DNA of 64,000 bases. Source: an uncultured bacterium (GTDB lineage Bacteria; Edwardsbacteria; CAYGWX01). The notes under the pieces were generated by a model. The model worked only from the letters and a program-made list of their open reading frames with translations, ran no database searches and was not told the origin of the DNA. Below are positions 1-9,358 of this stretch, one piece after another. Positions within the stretch are counted from its first letter, which is position 1. Each line of letters opens with the position of its first letter. Location: NCBI GenBank assembly GCA_964353855.1, contig CAYGWX010000008.1, positions 1,958 through 65,957 on the forward strand, read 5' to 3'. The position numbers and the translations under genes are program-made.

Positions 1-2
1 TT

Positions 3-74
3 CAGACCGCGGCTCCGGTCTTTGTCATCGGCGTGGAGAAACTTCGCCTCAAAATCACTCGCGGAGGAGAATGA
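3..74 (+). CDS. nfeD: 3' end of NfeD-like protein (partial, runs off window)
   Basis: Frame reads QTAAPVFVIGVEKLRLKITRGGE*, resembling the NfeD C-terminal OB-fold end, directly upstream of an SPFH gene (classic nfeD-stomatin pair). Confidence 0.6.
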   Translation, partial: QTAAPVFVIGVEKLRLKITRGGE

Positions 75-183
75 TTGGAGGAACTTTTTTCACTCAACAG
101 CCTTAAGAGTCAGAGAAGTCTACAGTCTTTTTTCAAGCTGACAGCTAACAGCTTAAACCCAACAGCGTTTTAAGGAGGTTCCC

Positions 184-942
184 ATGACCGTCGGTCTGAG
201 CATCGTCATCCTGTTCTTGCTGTTCATCTTGGCCAACTCTCTCCGCGTGCTCCGGGAATACGAGCGCGGCGTCATCTTCCGCTTGGGTCGGCTCATCGGG
301 GAAAAGGGGCCGGGACTCATCCTCCTCATCCCCATCGTGGATCGCATGGTCAAGGTTTCCCTGCGGGTAGTGGCCATGGACATCCCGCCCCAGGACGTCA
401 TCACCCACGACAACATCTCCATCAAGGTCAACGCGGTGCTGTACTTCCGGGTGATGGACTCCCGCCGGGCCGTGGTCAATGTGGAGGACTACCATTACGC
501 CACCAGCCAGATGGCCCAGACTACCCTGCGCAGCGTCCTGGGCGAGCACGAGCTGGACGACCTCCTGGCTCAACGGGAGAAGATCAACCTGCAGCTCCAG
601 AAGATCATCGACGAGCGCACCGACCCCTGGGGCATCAAGGTCTCCGCCGTGGAGGTCAAGGACGTGGACCTGCCTCAGGATATGCAGCGGGCCATCGCGA
701 AGCAGGCCGAGGCCGAGCGGGAGCGCCGTGCCAAGGTCATCCACGCCGACGGGGAGTTCCAGGCCGCGACAAAGCTCAAGGACGCCGCTTCGGTCATGGC
801 CCAGGAGCCGGTAACGGTTCAGCTCCGTTACCTCCAGACCCTGGCCGAGATAGCCGTGGAGAAAAACTCCACCATCATCTTCCCGGTGCCGATCGATATC
901 TTTAACACCTTCACCAAATGGCTTGAGAAAAAATCCCAGTAA
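184..942 (+). CDS. SPFH/band-7 stomatin-like (slipin) membrane protein
   Basis: N-terminal [30 protein letters not shown] and [10 protein letters not shown] motifs; AAGGAGG RBS. Confidence 0.95.
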   Translation: MTVGLSIVILFLLFILANSLRVLREYERGVIFRLGRLIGEKGPGLILLIPIVDRMVKVSLRVVAMDIPPQDVITHDNISIKVNAVLYFRVMDSRRAVVNVEDYHYATSQMAQTTLRSVLGEHELDDLLAQREKINLQLQKIIDERTDPWGIKVSAVEVKDVDLPQDMQRAIAKQAEAERERRAKVIHADGEFQAATKLKDAASVMAQEPVTVQLRYLQTLAEIAVEKNSTIIFPVPIDIFNTFTKWLEKKSQ

Positions 943-967
943 GGGGATCCTTCCTCTAAAAATAACA

Positions 968-1501
968 ATGTTCCGGAAAGCGAGATTCCTCCTCGCCGCG
1001 GTTCTTTTGTCCCTCCCTGCCGTTTCTTGGGGACAGGTTGCGGTCCCGGACACGCACCACGTCCACCGGCAGCGCCTGATCGGCTCGCGGGCCAAGACCG
1101 GCATGTTCCACGCCAGCATCCTCTATTACCATGCCGACCCCGTCCGCAAGCTGGACTTCATCCTGGCGAAGCAGAACGCCGAGGAGATCTTTCGTGCTCT
1201 GGACCTGATCGAGAAAAATACCCTGGCCCTGCAACAGGAAGTTTCTTTTGAGATTACACAGGGGGATAAAGAGATTCTAACCGAGGACATCCGCGGCACC
1301 CTGGACACCTGTTTAAAATCCCGGACCGAGGTCGATGCCTTGAAGGTGGAATTGAGGCGCGTCCTGCCCAGCCAGGAGGCCGTGCGCAAACACGCCCAGG
1401 TCCTTTTCCACCTGATGAAGAAAATCCTGGGCTATCACCAGTCGGCGGAGGCCAAGTTCGAGATCCAACCCACCCCCGACCCGCCTGAACCAAAGGACTA
1501 A
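968..1501 (+). CDS. Hypothetical exported helical protein
   Basis: ATG at 968 gives signal peptide MFRKARFLLAAVLLSLPAVSWG; host-like codon usage; no family recognised. Confidence 0.7.
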   Translation: MFRKARFLLAAVLLSLPAVSWGQVAVPDTHHVHRQRLIGSRAKTGMFHASILYYHADPVRKLDFILAKQNAEEIFRALDLIEKNTLALQQEVSFEITQGDKEILTEDIRGTLDTCLKSRTEVDALKVELRRVLPSQEAVRKHAQVLFHLMKKILGYHQSAEAKFEIQPTPDPPEPKD

Positions 1502-1514
1502 AAGAAAGAGAACG

Positions 1515-1991
1515 ATGGACAAAAAGCAGATGCTGGACATGTGGGAGAAGCTGGGCAATTCGCAGAAGGTGACGCTCAAGGCGGTGGCCTCCATTCCGGA
1601 CGGCCGACTGGACTGGCGGCCTTGCCCCCAGGTGCGCACCGTGAAGGAGCTGGTCCGGCACATCTTTGTCTGGGAGCGCCTTTGGGCTCGGGCGGCCAAG
1701 TCCGGCGTGCTCACCCAGAAGGATGCCGAGAAGGAGGAATCTACCGCACTCAAGGACAAGCGGGAGCTTACCGCCTACGCCAAGAGGGTGCACAAGGAGG
1801 CCACGGGCATCGTGAAGAAGCTTACCGAGCGAGATCTCAAGAGGAAGGTCAAGCTCTTCTTCGGGATGGAGCTTCCGGCCGGCGTCTGCATCGCTACCAT
1901 TTACGACGAGCACTGGCACCACCGCGGTCAGCTCTACGTCTATCTGCGACTCTTGGGGGTCGAACCCCCGTTCGTTTACGGGACGGAATAA
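1515..1991 (+). CDS. DinB/YfiT-like family protein
   Basis: LDWRPCP..RTVKELVRHI and DEHWHHRGQLYVYLRLLGVEPP DinB signatures. Confidence 0.9.
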   Translation: MDKKQMLDMWEKLGNSQKVTLKAVASIPDGRLDWRPCPQVRTVKELVRHIFVWERLWARAAKSGVLTQKDAEKEESTALKDKRELTAYAKRVHKEATGIVKKLTERDLKRKVKLFFGMELPAGVCIATIYDEHWHHRGQLYVYLRLLGVEPPFVYGTE

Positions 1992-2048
1992 ACGCTTGAA
2001 CCTTTGAGCTTTCCGCAGTCGGGCAAATTAGGGCATTTTTTTACAGAG

Positions 2049-2080
2049 GTGGGCCGCCCGAACGTTTCGGGGCGGCCCAC
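2049..2080. terminator. GC-rich hairpin after DinB gene
   Basis: GTGGGCCGCCC / GGGCGGCCCAC perfect 11-bp stem; weak U-tract. Confidence 0.5.
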
Positions 2081-2168
2081 TGCGCCATTTCTTAAGGGTT
2101 CTCGTCGTCAGGCATCATCAAACACTTTTGCATGAATTCTAACGTCTGATGTCTGGAGTTGATTTCCC

Positions 2169-3376
2169 ATGATCGATTTCTCCCTCGCCGAAGACCATCA
2201 CCAAGTTGCCCAGGTCGTCCAGGAGTTCGGCAAGAAGCACGTCCTCCCGGACATCAAGGAGCGCGACCAGGAGAAGCGTTTCGACTGCTCCCTCTTTAAG
2301 AAGATGGCCGAGCTCGACCTCCTGGGCATCTGCATTCCCGCGAAATACGGCGGGGCCGGTATGGATTACATCAGCCTGGGCGTGGCCTGTGAGGAATTGG
2401 AGTATTTCGATACCTCCGCGCGGGTAGTGCTTTCGGTGCACACCGGTTTGAACAGCATGAACCTCCTGGGGCTTGGGCCAATGAGGACCAGAGACAACGC
2501 TACCTGGTCCCTCAGGCCAAGGGGGAGAGGATCGCGACCTTCGGGCTGACTGAGCCCAACGCCGGTTCGGATGTGGTCGGCATCCAATCCACGGCCCGGA
2601 AGGATAGCGATCATTATATCTTGAACGGTGAGAAGATGTGGATCTCCCTGGCGGACGTGGCGGACAACTTTCTCGTCTTCGGCTGGACGGATCAGGAGAA
2701 GAAGAAAGCCCGTGACCATACAGGTCTCTCAGCTTTCATCGTGGAACGGGGGATGCCGGGCTTCTCCTCCGGAACTCTGCATGATAAATGGGGCATCGAG
2801 GCCGGGAACACGGGCCACTTCGCCCTGCAGGATGTCCGGGTGCCCCGGGAAAACCTGGTGGGCAATGAAGGCGAGGGGTTCAAGATCGCGATGTTCTCGT
2901 TGGAACAGGGCCGTTACACGGTGGCCGCTGGAGCGACCGGTCTCATTCGGGCTTGCCGGGATGCTTCCGTGAAGTATTGCCAAGAGCGCCGGACGTTTGA
3001 GAGAGAAATCGGAGAGCATCAGCTCGTGAAACAGATGATCGCTGAGATGGCCCGGGACTACGAAGCTTCCCGGCTCCTCTGGCTGCGCGCGGGGTGTCAT
3101 AAAAACCAGGGCCAACCGAATATGCGGGAGACCTCCCTGGCCAAGTGGTTTGCTTCCGTGGCTTCGGAACGCTGCGCCTCGGATGCCGTGCAGATCCACG
3201 GCGCCTATGGATATTCCGACGATTACCCCGTGGGAAGGTTTTACCGTAACGCTAAGGGCGGAGTGATCTACGAGGGCACCCGGGAGATCATGACCCTTCT
3301 TCAGGCGGATTACGCACTGGGCTACCGCCAGGACAAGCCCAGACGTTGCGAGCTTCCGAAGTGGGAAGAGAAGTAG
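2169..3376 (+). pseudogene. Acyl-CoA dehydrogenase split by a frameshift near 2468-2471 (pseudogene or sequence error)
   Basis: ORF 2169-2549 has the ACAD N-terminus; shifting frame at the GGGG run gives WANEDQRQRYLVPQAKGERIATFGLTEPNAGSDV, which joins ORF 2573-3376 (GEKMWIS, QIHGAYGY, IYEGT). Confidence 0.85.
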
Positions 3377-3409
3377 ACCCCCCCATCCTCATTGAAAAGG
3401 AAGGTTTAG

Positions 3410-3853
3410 ATGTTCAAGGAATTCAAGGAGTTCGCCATGCGGGGCAACGTTCTCGACATGGCCATCGGGATCATCATCGGCGCTGCCTTCGGAAAGATCA
3501 TCACTTCCATCGTCAACGACATCCTCATGCCGCCTCTGGGCCTGATCCTCGGCAAAGTGGATTTCTCGAGCCTGTTCATCAATCTCTCGGGCCAGGCGTA
3601 CCCCACCTTGGCGGCGGCCAAGGCTGCTGGCGCTGCGACCATGAATTACGGCCTGTTCATCAACACCGTGATAGACTTCCTCATCGTGGCCTTCGTGATC
3701 TTCCTCCTGGTCAAGCAGGTCAACCATTTCAAAAAACAGCCGGCCCCGGCCGCGCCCCCGACCCGGGAATGTCCGTTCTGCCTGTCCGCGGTCCCGCTCA
3801 AGTCGACCCGCTGCGCGTTCTGCACCTCGGAGCTCAAGTCCTCACCGTCGTAA
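3410..3853 (+). CDS. mscL: Large-conductance mechanosensitive channel with C-terminal CxxC..CxxC motif
   Basis: [26 protein letters not shown] and [16 protein letters not shown]; tail RECPFC...RCAFC. Confidence 0.95.
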   Translation: MFKEFKEFAMRGNVLDMAIGIIIGAAFGKIITSIVNDILMPPLGLILGKVDFSSLFINLSGQAYPTLAAAKAAGAATMNYGLFINTVIDFLIVAFVIFLLVKQVNHFKKQPAPAAPPTRECPFCLSAVPLKSTRCAFCTSELKSSPS

Positions 3854-3857
3854 GGTG

Positions 3858-3872
3858 AGGGAATCATTATCA
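3858..3872 (+). promoter_or_regulatory. Fur/PerR-like box upstream of flavin/flavodiiron genes
   Basis: AGGGAATCATTATCA versus 7-1-7 TGATAATnATTATCA; right half perfect, left half 4/7. Confidence 0.3.
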
Positions 3873-4006
3873 AAGGCCACAGGAAGAGCGGGACAGTTAG
3901 ATCTATTCCAGGCGGGTAACACCAGCCTTGCCCTTCACGGCTGGGAAAAGTAAGTCTCATCATTGGATAAGGTAAGAGCATCAATTTGGCTAAGGAACTT
4001 ACAGGC

Positions 4007-4510
4007 ATGAAAGACTACCATCCTCGTCGCCCGGAGAAGATGATGCCGGAAAAGGCCGAGCTCCTCGAAGTCATCCAGGGCCAGAAGTTCATGACCCTTG
4101 CGATGTGCAAAGGCGATGATCCCTATCTGGCCACTATCAACTATGTCTACGATGTGGCGCAGAACTGCTTTTTCTTCCACTGCTCTCCGGTGGGGAAGAA
4201 GATGGATTACTTGAAGGCCAACCCGAAGGTCTGGGGGGTGGTGGTCGAAGACCGGGGCTACCTGGACGGGGAGTGCAATCACGCCTACCGGTCGGTTCAG
4301 TTCGCCGGTAGGGCTGAGATCCTTGCGGATTCCGAGGCGAAGCGCCAGGGCTTGACCCGGTTGATAGACGCTCTGGAAAATAAACCCGAACCCGTTAGGC
4401 AACGCTTGCTCGGGAAAAACGACCTGAGCGGCGTGGGGGTCGTGAAGATCCACGTCCTGGAGATGACCGGAAAGATGAATCCCGCGAAGAAGGAGGAGGT
4501 CGTTTCATGA
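4007..4510 (+). CDS. Pyridoxamine 5'-phosphate oxidase-like flavin-binding protein (NimA-like)
   Basis: PYLATINYVY, FFFHCSPVGKKMDYLKANPKV, YRSVQFAG; ATG 4007 after AAGGA; overlaps fprA start. Confidence 0.85.
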   Translation: MKDYHPRRPEKMMPEKAELLEVIQGQKFMTLAMCKGDDPYLATINYVYDVAQNCFFFHCSPVGKKMDYLKANPKVWGVVVEDRGYLDGECNHAYRSVQFAGRAEILADSEAKRQGLTRLIDALENKPEPVRQRLLGKNDLSGVGVVKIHVLEMTGKMNPAKKEEVVS

Positions 4511-5682
4511 AGCCCAGGAAGATCCGGGAGGGGGTGTTCTGGATGGGGGCCGTGGACTGGGAGCGGAGGCTTTTCGATGCCCTGATCCCCCTGCCCGACG
4601 GGACCAGTTACAATGCCTACCTGGTCCAGGGGAGCGAGAAAACGGCCCTCCTGGACACGGTGGACCCGAGCAAGGCGGAGGAACTTCTGGAGCAGTTGAA
4701 AAATATGCCCCGAATCGATTATATTATAGCACATCACGCCGAGCAGGACCACTCCGGCTCCCTGCCCATGGTTTTGGAGAAATACGCCGGGGCCAGGGTC
4801 CTGGCCACGGCCAAAGGGGTCGGGATGCTTCGGGATCACCTGCTCATTCCCGAGGAGCGGTTCCAGGTTGTGGAGGATGGACAGGCCCTCTCCCTGGGGG
4901 GGAAGACCCTTCGCTTCCTGCACACCCCCTGGGTGCACTGGCCGGAGACGATGTGCAGTTACCTGGTCGAGGAGAAAATCCTATTCTCCTGCGACTTCTT
5001 CGGCTCGCACCTGGCGACCACGGATCTCTACGCCGATGAGGCCCGGGTCTACGAGCCGGCTAAACGCTACTTCGCCGAGATCATGATGCCCTTTCGGGCG
5101 CAGATCCAGAAGAACCTGGAAAAGGTCGAGGCCCTGGAGCTTTCCCTGATCGCGCCCAGCCACGGCCCGGTATATGCCAAGCCCGAGTTCATCCTTTCGG
5201 CCTATAAGGACTGGGTCTCCTCGGAGCCCGGCAACCGGGTGATCGTTCCCTACATCTCCATGCACGGCAGCCTCCAGGCCATGGTGGATCGTCTGGTGGG
5301 AGCCCTGGTTGACCGCGGAGTTCAAGCCGAGCCTTACGATCTATCGGTGACCGACATCGGAAAGCTGGCCACGGCCATGGTGGATACCGCTACTGTGGTC
5401 TTCGGCACTCCGGCGGTGCTGGGCGGAGCCCATCCACACGTAGTCACCGCAGCCTATCTGGCGGATGCCCTGAGGCCCAAGGCCCTTTTCGCTTCGCTCA
5501 TCGGGTCCTACGGCTGGGGAGCCAAGCTTGCTGAGCAGGTGCAGGGATTGGTGTCGCACCTCAAGGTTGAATTTTTACCCCCGGTGCTCTGCAGGGGCTT
5601 TCCCAGAGAGGAAGATTTCAAGGCCTTGGTGGATCTGGCCGAAGCCATCGCCCAGAAGCACAGGGAACGAAACTTATCCTGA
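4507..5682 (+). CDS. fprA: Flavodiiron protein (class A, NO/O2 reductase)
   Basis: GTSYNAYL, HAEQDHSGS, HWPE, SCDFFG, PSHGP plus flavodoxin domain. Confidence 0.95.
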   Translation: MKPRKIREGVFWMGAVDWERRLFDALIPLPDGTSYNAYLVQGSEKTALLDTVDPSKAEELLEQLKNMPRIDYIIAHHAEQDHSGSLPMVLEKYAGARVLATAKGVGMLRDHLLIPEERFQVVEDGQALSLGGKTLRFLHTPWVHWPETMCSYLVEEKILFSCDFFGSHLATTDLYADEARVYEPAKRYFAEIMMPFRAQIQKNLEKVEALELSLIAPSHGPVYAKPEFILSAYKDWVSSEPGNRVIVPYISMHGSLQAMVDRLVGALVDRGVQAEPYDLSVTDIGKLATAMVDTATVVFGTPAVLGGAHPHVVTAAYLADALRPKALFASLIGSYGWGAKLAEQVQGLVSHLKVEFLPPVLCRGFPREEDFKALVDLAEAIAQKHRERNLS

Positions 5683-5741
5683 TATCTGAGAATCACGGAC
5701 CCCAAAAATCTCAATCATTAAGCAGGAGGAAAAAAGAGGAC

Positions 5742-6881
5742 ATGAAAAGGGCAGTATTCGTAACACTCGTCTTCGCTCTGGCCATGGGTTTGGGCTGCAA
5801 GTCCGGCCCCAAGGTCATCAAGATCGGCGTGGCCGGGCCGATGACGGGGGACCAGGCCAAGATGGGCATGGATTTGGTGAACGGCGTATCCCTGGCTGTG
5901 GACGAGTGGAACGCCAAGGGCGGCGTCCTGGGAGCGAAAGTCGAGATCGTGAAGGGCGACGACCGCCGGGACCCCAAGGAGGCCAACTCCCTGGCCCAGA
6001 AACTGGTGAACGACGGCGTGGTTGCGGTGGTCGGACACTTCAACTCCTCCTGCTCCATCCCGGCCAGCCTGATCTACCACGAGAACAAGGTTCCGCAGAT
6101 CAGCCCGGCCTCGACCAACCCCCAGCTCACCCAGCAGGGCTTCGGCAGCGTGTTCCGCACCTGCGGCCGGGACGACCAGCAGGGCTCTGTGGGCGCTAAG
6201 TTCGTGCTCCAGGTCCTCGGGAAGAAGAGAATCGCGGTCCTTCACGACAAGACGACCTACGGGCAGGGCCTGGCGGACGAGTTCAAGAAGGCCCTGGATG
6301 ACTCAGCCCAGGTCGTTATCTACGAGGGCATCATCCAGGGGGACAAGGACTTCAAGGCCGTCCTGACCAAGGTCAAGCAGGCCAAGCCCGAGGTGGTCTA
6401 TTTCGGGGGCATCTATCCCGAGGCCGGGCTGTTGGTCCGGCAGATGAAGGACCTGGGGATCAAGACCGACTTCGTTGCCGGGGACGGGGTGATCGACCCG
6501 GAGTTTCTGAAGATCGCCGGAGATGCCGCCCTGGGGTGTTACCTCTCCTTCGGCCCCTCGGTCAAGGAGCTCCCCACGGCCAAGCGCTTCATCGAGGCCC
6601 ACCAGGCGAAGTACGGGGAGATCGGCCCTTATTCAGTTTACTCTTACGATGCGGCGAACATCATCCTGACAGCGATCCAGGCGGCCGGAAAGCCGGACGG
6701 GGACAAGATCGCCGAGGAGATCCACAAGATCAAGTACGACGGCGCCATCGGCACCATCCAGTTCGACCCCAAGGGCGATGTGCTCAAGGCCCCCTACATC
6801 TTCTGGCAGGTCCAGAAGGTCGCGGGCCCGGACGGCAAGGAGAAACTGGACTTCGTGCCCTGCAAGGAGCAGGCGCAATAA
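5742..6881 (+). CDS. livK: Branched-chain amino acid ABC transporter substrate-binding protein
   Basis: Lipobox-like GLGC, IGVAGPMTG, VVGHFNSSCSIPAS, FRTCGRDDQQG, HDKTTYGQGLA. Confidence 0.95.
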   Translation: MKRAVFVTLVFALAMGLGCKSGPKVIKIGVAGPMTGDQAKMGMDLVNGVSLAVDEWNAKGGVLGAKVEIVKGDDRRDPKEANSLAQKLVNDGVVAVVGHFNSSCSIPASLIYHENKVPQISPASTNPQLTQQGFGSVFRTCGRDDQQGSVGAKFVLQVLGKKRIAVLHDKTTYGQGLADEFKKALDDSAQVVIYEGIIQGDKDFKAVLTKVKQAKPEVVYFGGIYPEAGLLVRQMKDLGIKTDFVAGDGVIDPEFLKIAGDAALGCYLSFGPSVKELPTAKRFIEAHQAKYGEIGPYSVYSYDAANIILTAIQAAGKPDGDKIAEEIHKIKYDGAIGTIQFDPKGDVLKAPYIFWQVQKVAGPDGKEKLDFVPCKEQAQ

Positions 6882-6976
6882 AAAGACTCATTGCAAAATG
6901 ACCACTTAGCATTTTAAAATGCAAAATGTTCAATGCGGAATGTAGGATGAGGCAGTTCAAGATAAGGCCTAATTAG

Positions 6977-7891
6977 GTGTTTCTTCAACAACTGGTCAAC
7001 GGCCTGACCGTGGGCTCAGTGTACGCCCTGATCGCCCTGGGCTATACCATGGTCTACGGCATCCTGGAGTTCATCAACTTCGCCCACGGGGAGATTTACA
7101 TGGTCGGGGCCTACCTCGGCATCATCGCCGTGGCCCTGGCCACGTCCCTGGGCCTGGGAGGGTTTCCCATCCTCCTCCTCGTCATCGCCTTCGTGTTCGC
7201 GATGGCCTTCTCGGCCTCCTGGGGAGTGACCATCGAGCGATTAGCCTACCGGCCCCTTCGCCAGGCCCCGAGGCTGGCCCCTCTGATCTCGGCCCTGGGG
7301 GTCTCCATCTTCCTGCAGAACTTCGTGATGGTCACCCAGGGAACCCGGGACAAGGTCTTCCGCCTCACCGAGCATCCCCTCCCGCTGACCAGCGGAAGCA
7401 TCACCTTCGGCTCGACCCAGATCTCCTTCGTCCAGGTGATGATCATGGGCACGGCGGTTTTCCTGATGATCCTGCTGTCCCTGTTCATCGGCAAGACCAA
7501 GCTGGGCAAGGCGATGCGGGCCACAGCCCAGGACCAGAAGATGGCCTATCTGGTGGGCATAGACATCAACCGGGTCATCTCGGTAACCTTCCTGATCGGG
7601 TCAGCCCTGGGCGCGGCGGCCGGGGTGATGGTCGCGCTGTACTACGGGCTGGTGAATTTCTTCATCGGATACATCGCCGGGATCAAGGCCTTCACGGCCG
7701 CGGTCCTGGGCGGGATCGGGAACGTCCCCGGGGCGATGCTGGGAGGCATCATCCTGGGCCTGGTGGAGAGCTTCGGGGCAGGCTACCTCTCCAGCGAATA
7801 CAAGGATGTCTACGCCTTCGTCATCCTGGTCGTCTTCCTCATCTTCCGTCCCCAGGGCCTGCTGGGCGAGCGGGTGAGCGAGAAGGTCTAA
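6977..7891 (+). CDS. livH: Branched-chain amino acid ABC permease
   Basis: QQLVNGLTVGSVYALIALGYTMVYG, NFAHGE, KAFTAAVLGGIG. Confidence 0.95.
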   Translation: MFLQQLVNGLTVGSVYALIALGYTMVYGILEFINFAHGEIYMVGAYLGIIAVALATSLGLGGFPILLLVIAFVFAMAFSASWGVTIERLAYRPLRQAPRLAPLISALGVSIFLQNFVMVTQGTRDKVFRLTEHPLPLTSGSITFGSTQISFVQVMIMGTAVFLMILLSLFIGKTKLGKAMRATAQDQKMAYLVGIDINRVISVTFLIGSALGAAAGVMVALYYGLVNFFIGYIAGIKAFTAAVLGGIGNVPGAMLGGIILGLVESFGAGYLSSEYKDVYAFVILVVFLIFRPQGLLGERVSEKV

Positions 7892-9025
7892 ATGAACCTC
7901 CTTAAACGTCTGGGCTGGGCGCCCTGGCTGGGCTTCCTGGTCCTTCCCTTCGGGGGATGGAAGCTGGCCCTGGGCCTGGCCGGGGCTATCCTCGTCCTGA
8001 TCCTTCTGACCCCGGTCTGGGAGGCCGTGCGCCGCGGCCTTACGCACACAAGCCAAGCGATTTCAGAGAGAGTCGGCCGGACCGGCAGACCTCTTCAGGC
8101 CGGGTCCAGGGTCGGATTCGTCATCCTGCTCCTCATCCTGCCGCTCGTCCTCAACCGCTACTTCGTGGACGTGGCGGTCCTGGCCGGGATCTACATCGTC
8201 CTGGCCCTGGGCCTGAACATCGTGGTCGGCCTGACCGGGCTCCTGGCCCTGGGGTTCATCGCCTTCTACGCGGTCGGAGCATATGCCTATGCGCTGCTTT
8301 GGCTGCACTTCAAACTGCCCTTCTGGCTGGGCCTGCCCATCGGAGCCCTGGTCGCCTGTCTCTTCGGGGTCCTCCTGGGGAGCCCGGTGCTCCGGCTGCG
8401 CGGGGATTACCTGGCCATCGTGACCCTGGGTTTCGGGGAGATCACGCGCATCGTCCTGAACAATTGGGACGAGGTCACCCGGGGGCCGAACGGCATCCTG
8501 GGCATCCAGCGCCCCATCCTCTTCGGTTTCCAGTTCCGGCAGCCGATGCACTACTATTACCTCATCCTGCTGATGGTGGTCCTGACCATCTTCGTGGTCC
8601 GGCGCCTGGAGCGCAGCCGCATCGGCCGCGCCTGGGTTGCGGTCCGGGAGGACGAGACCGCGGCCCGGGCCATGGGCGTGAACGTGACCGCGATGAAACT
8701 TTTGGCCTTCGCCGTGGGCGCTGCCTTCGCGGGATTAGCGGGAGTTTTCTTCGCCGGCAAGATGACCTTCATCTCCCCGGAGTCCTTCACCTTCATGGAA
8801 TCCGTGATGGTGCTGTGCATGGTGGTTCTGGGCGGGATGGGGAGCATCCCCGGGGTCATTCTCGGGGCGGTCCTCTTGATCATCCTGCCCGAGGCTCTGA
8901 GGCAGTTCCAGCTCTACCGCCTTCTGGTCTTCGGAGGGGCCATGGCCATGATGATGGTCTTCCGTCCCCAGGGCCTGATCCCCAGCAAGAGGAGGAAGAT
9001 GGAGCTGGTTCATGATGAGAAGTAG
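7892..9025 (+). CDS. livM: Branched-chain amino acid ABC permease
   Basis: LRLRGDYLAIVTLGFGEI, VREDETAARAMGVN, MVVLGGMGS. Confidence 0.95.
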   Translation: MNLLKRLGWAPWLGFLVLPFGGWKLALGLAGAILVLILLTPVWEAVRRGLTHTSQAISERVGRTGRPLQAGSRVGFVILLLILPLVLNRYFVDVAVLAGIYIVLALGLNIVVGLTGLLALGFIAFYAVGAYAYALLWLHFKLPFWLGLPIGALVACLFGVLLGSPVLRLRGDYLAIVTLGFGEITRIVLNNWDEVTRGPNGILGIQRPILFGFQFRQPMHYYYLILLMVVLTIFVVRRLERSRIGRAWVAVREDETAARAMGVNVTAMKLLAFAVGAAFAGLAGVFFAGKMTFISPESFTFMESVMVLCMVVLGGMGSIPGVILGAVLLIILPEALRQFQLYRLLVFGGAMAMMMVFRPQGLIPSKRRKMELVHDEK

Positions 9026-9050
9026 AGAGTAGAAAGTAGAGAGTAGAGAG
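9021..9050 (+). repeat. Heptamer tandem array (AGTAGAG) x4
   Basis: agtagag agtagaa agtagag agtagag, overlapping the livM stop. Confidence 0.85.
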
Positions 9051-9231
9051 AACAAACTATATATAGAGAGAGGTTCTTCGGTAAGGGGCGGGACCACAAG
9101 ATATAGTGGTCCCCCTTCTCAGGGGACGTAAGCAGGTCCGACAAAGCTCAGTTATCCCGTTTATAGACGAGACAGGCTCGGAAGGGGGACCTCCGAAAGG
9201 CCTCCTAAATCTCAAGGGGTTTCCGAGGTAT

Positions 9232-9259
9232 TCACGCGATACTCACGCCGTATTCACGC
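9232..9259 (+). repeat. TCACGC x3 at 11-bp period
   Basis: TCACGC at 9232, 9243 and 9254. Confidence 0.8.
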
Positions 9260-9306
9260 GCTCCCCTCCCACATATAGGGAAATGAGGGGGAAAGGAGGG
9301 CTTAGA

Positions 9307-9322
9307 ACACTATATGTTGTGG
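9307..9322. promoter_or_regulatory. NrdR-box-like palindrome (one of up to four in 9054-9322)
   Basis: ACACTATATGTTGTGG versus consensus acaCwAtATaTwGtgt; similar boxes at 9054, 9094 and 9266. Confidence 0.4.
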
Positions 9323-9358
9323 TTAGTTAAAAAGAATCAAGACGAAAGGAAAACGTCG

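Noticed and set aside
7957-9015. 352-aa overlapping + strand ORF
   Set aside because: Off-frame within livM; Pro/Gly/Arg-rich composition typical of a spurious frame
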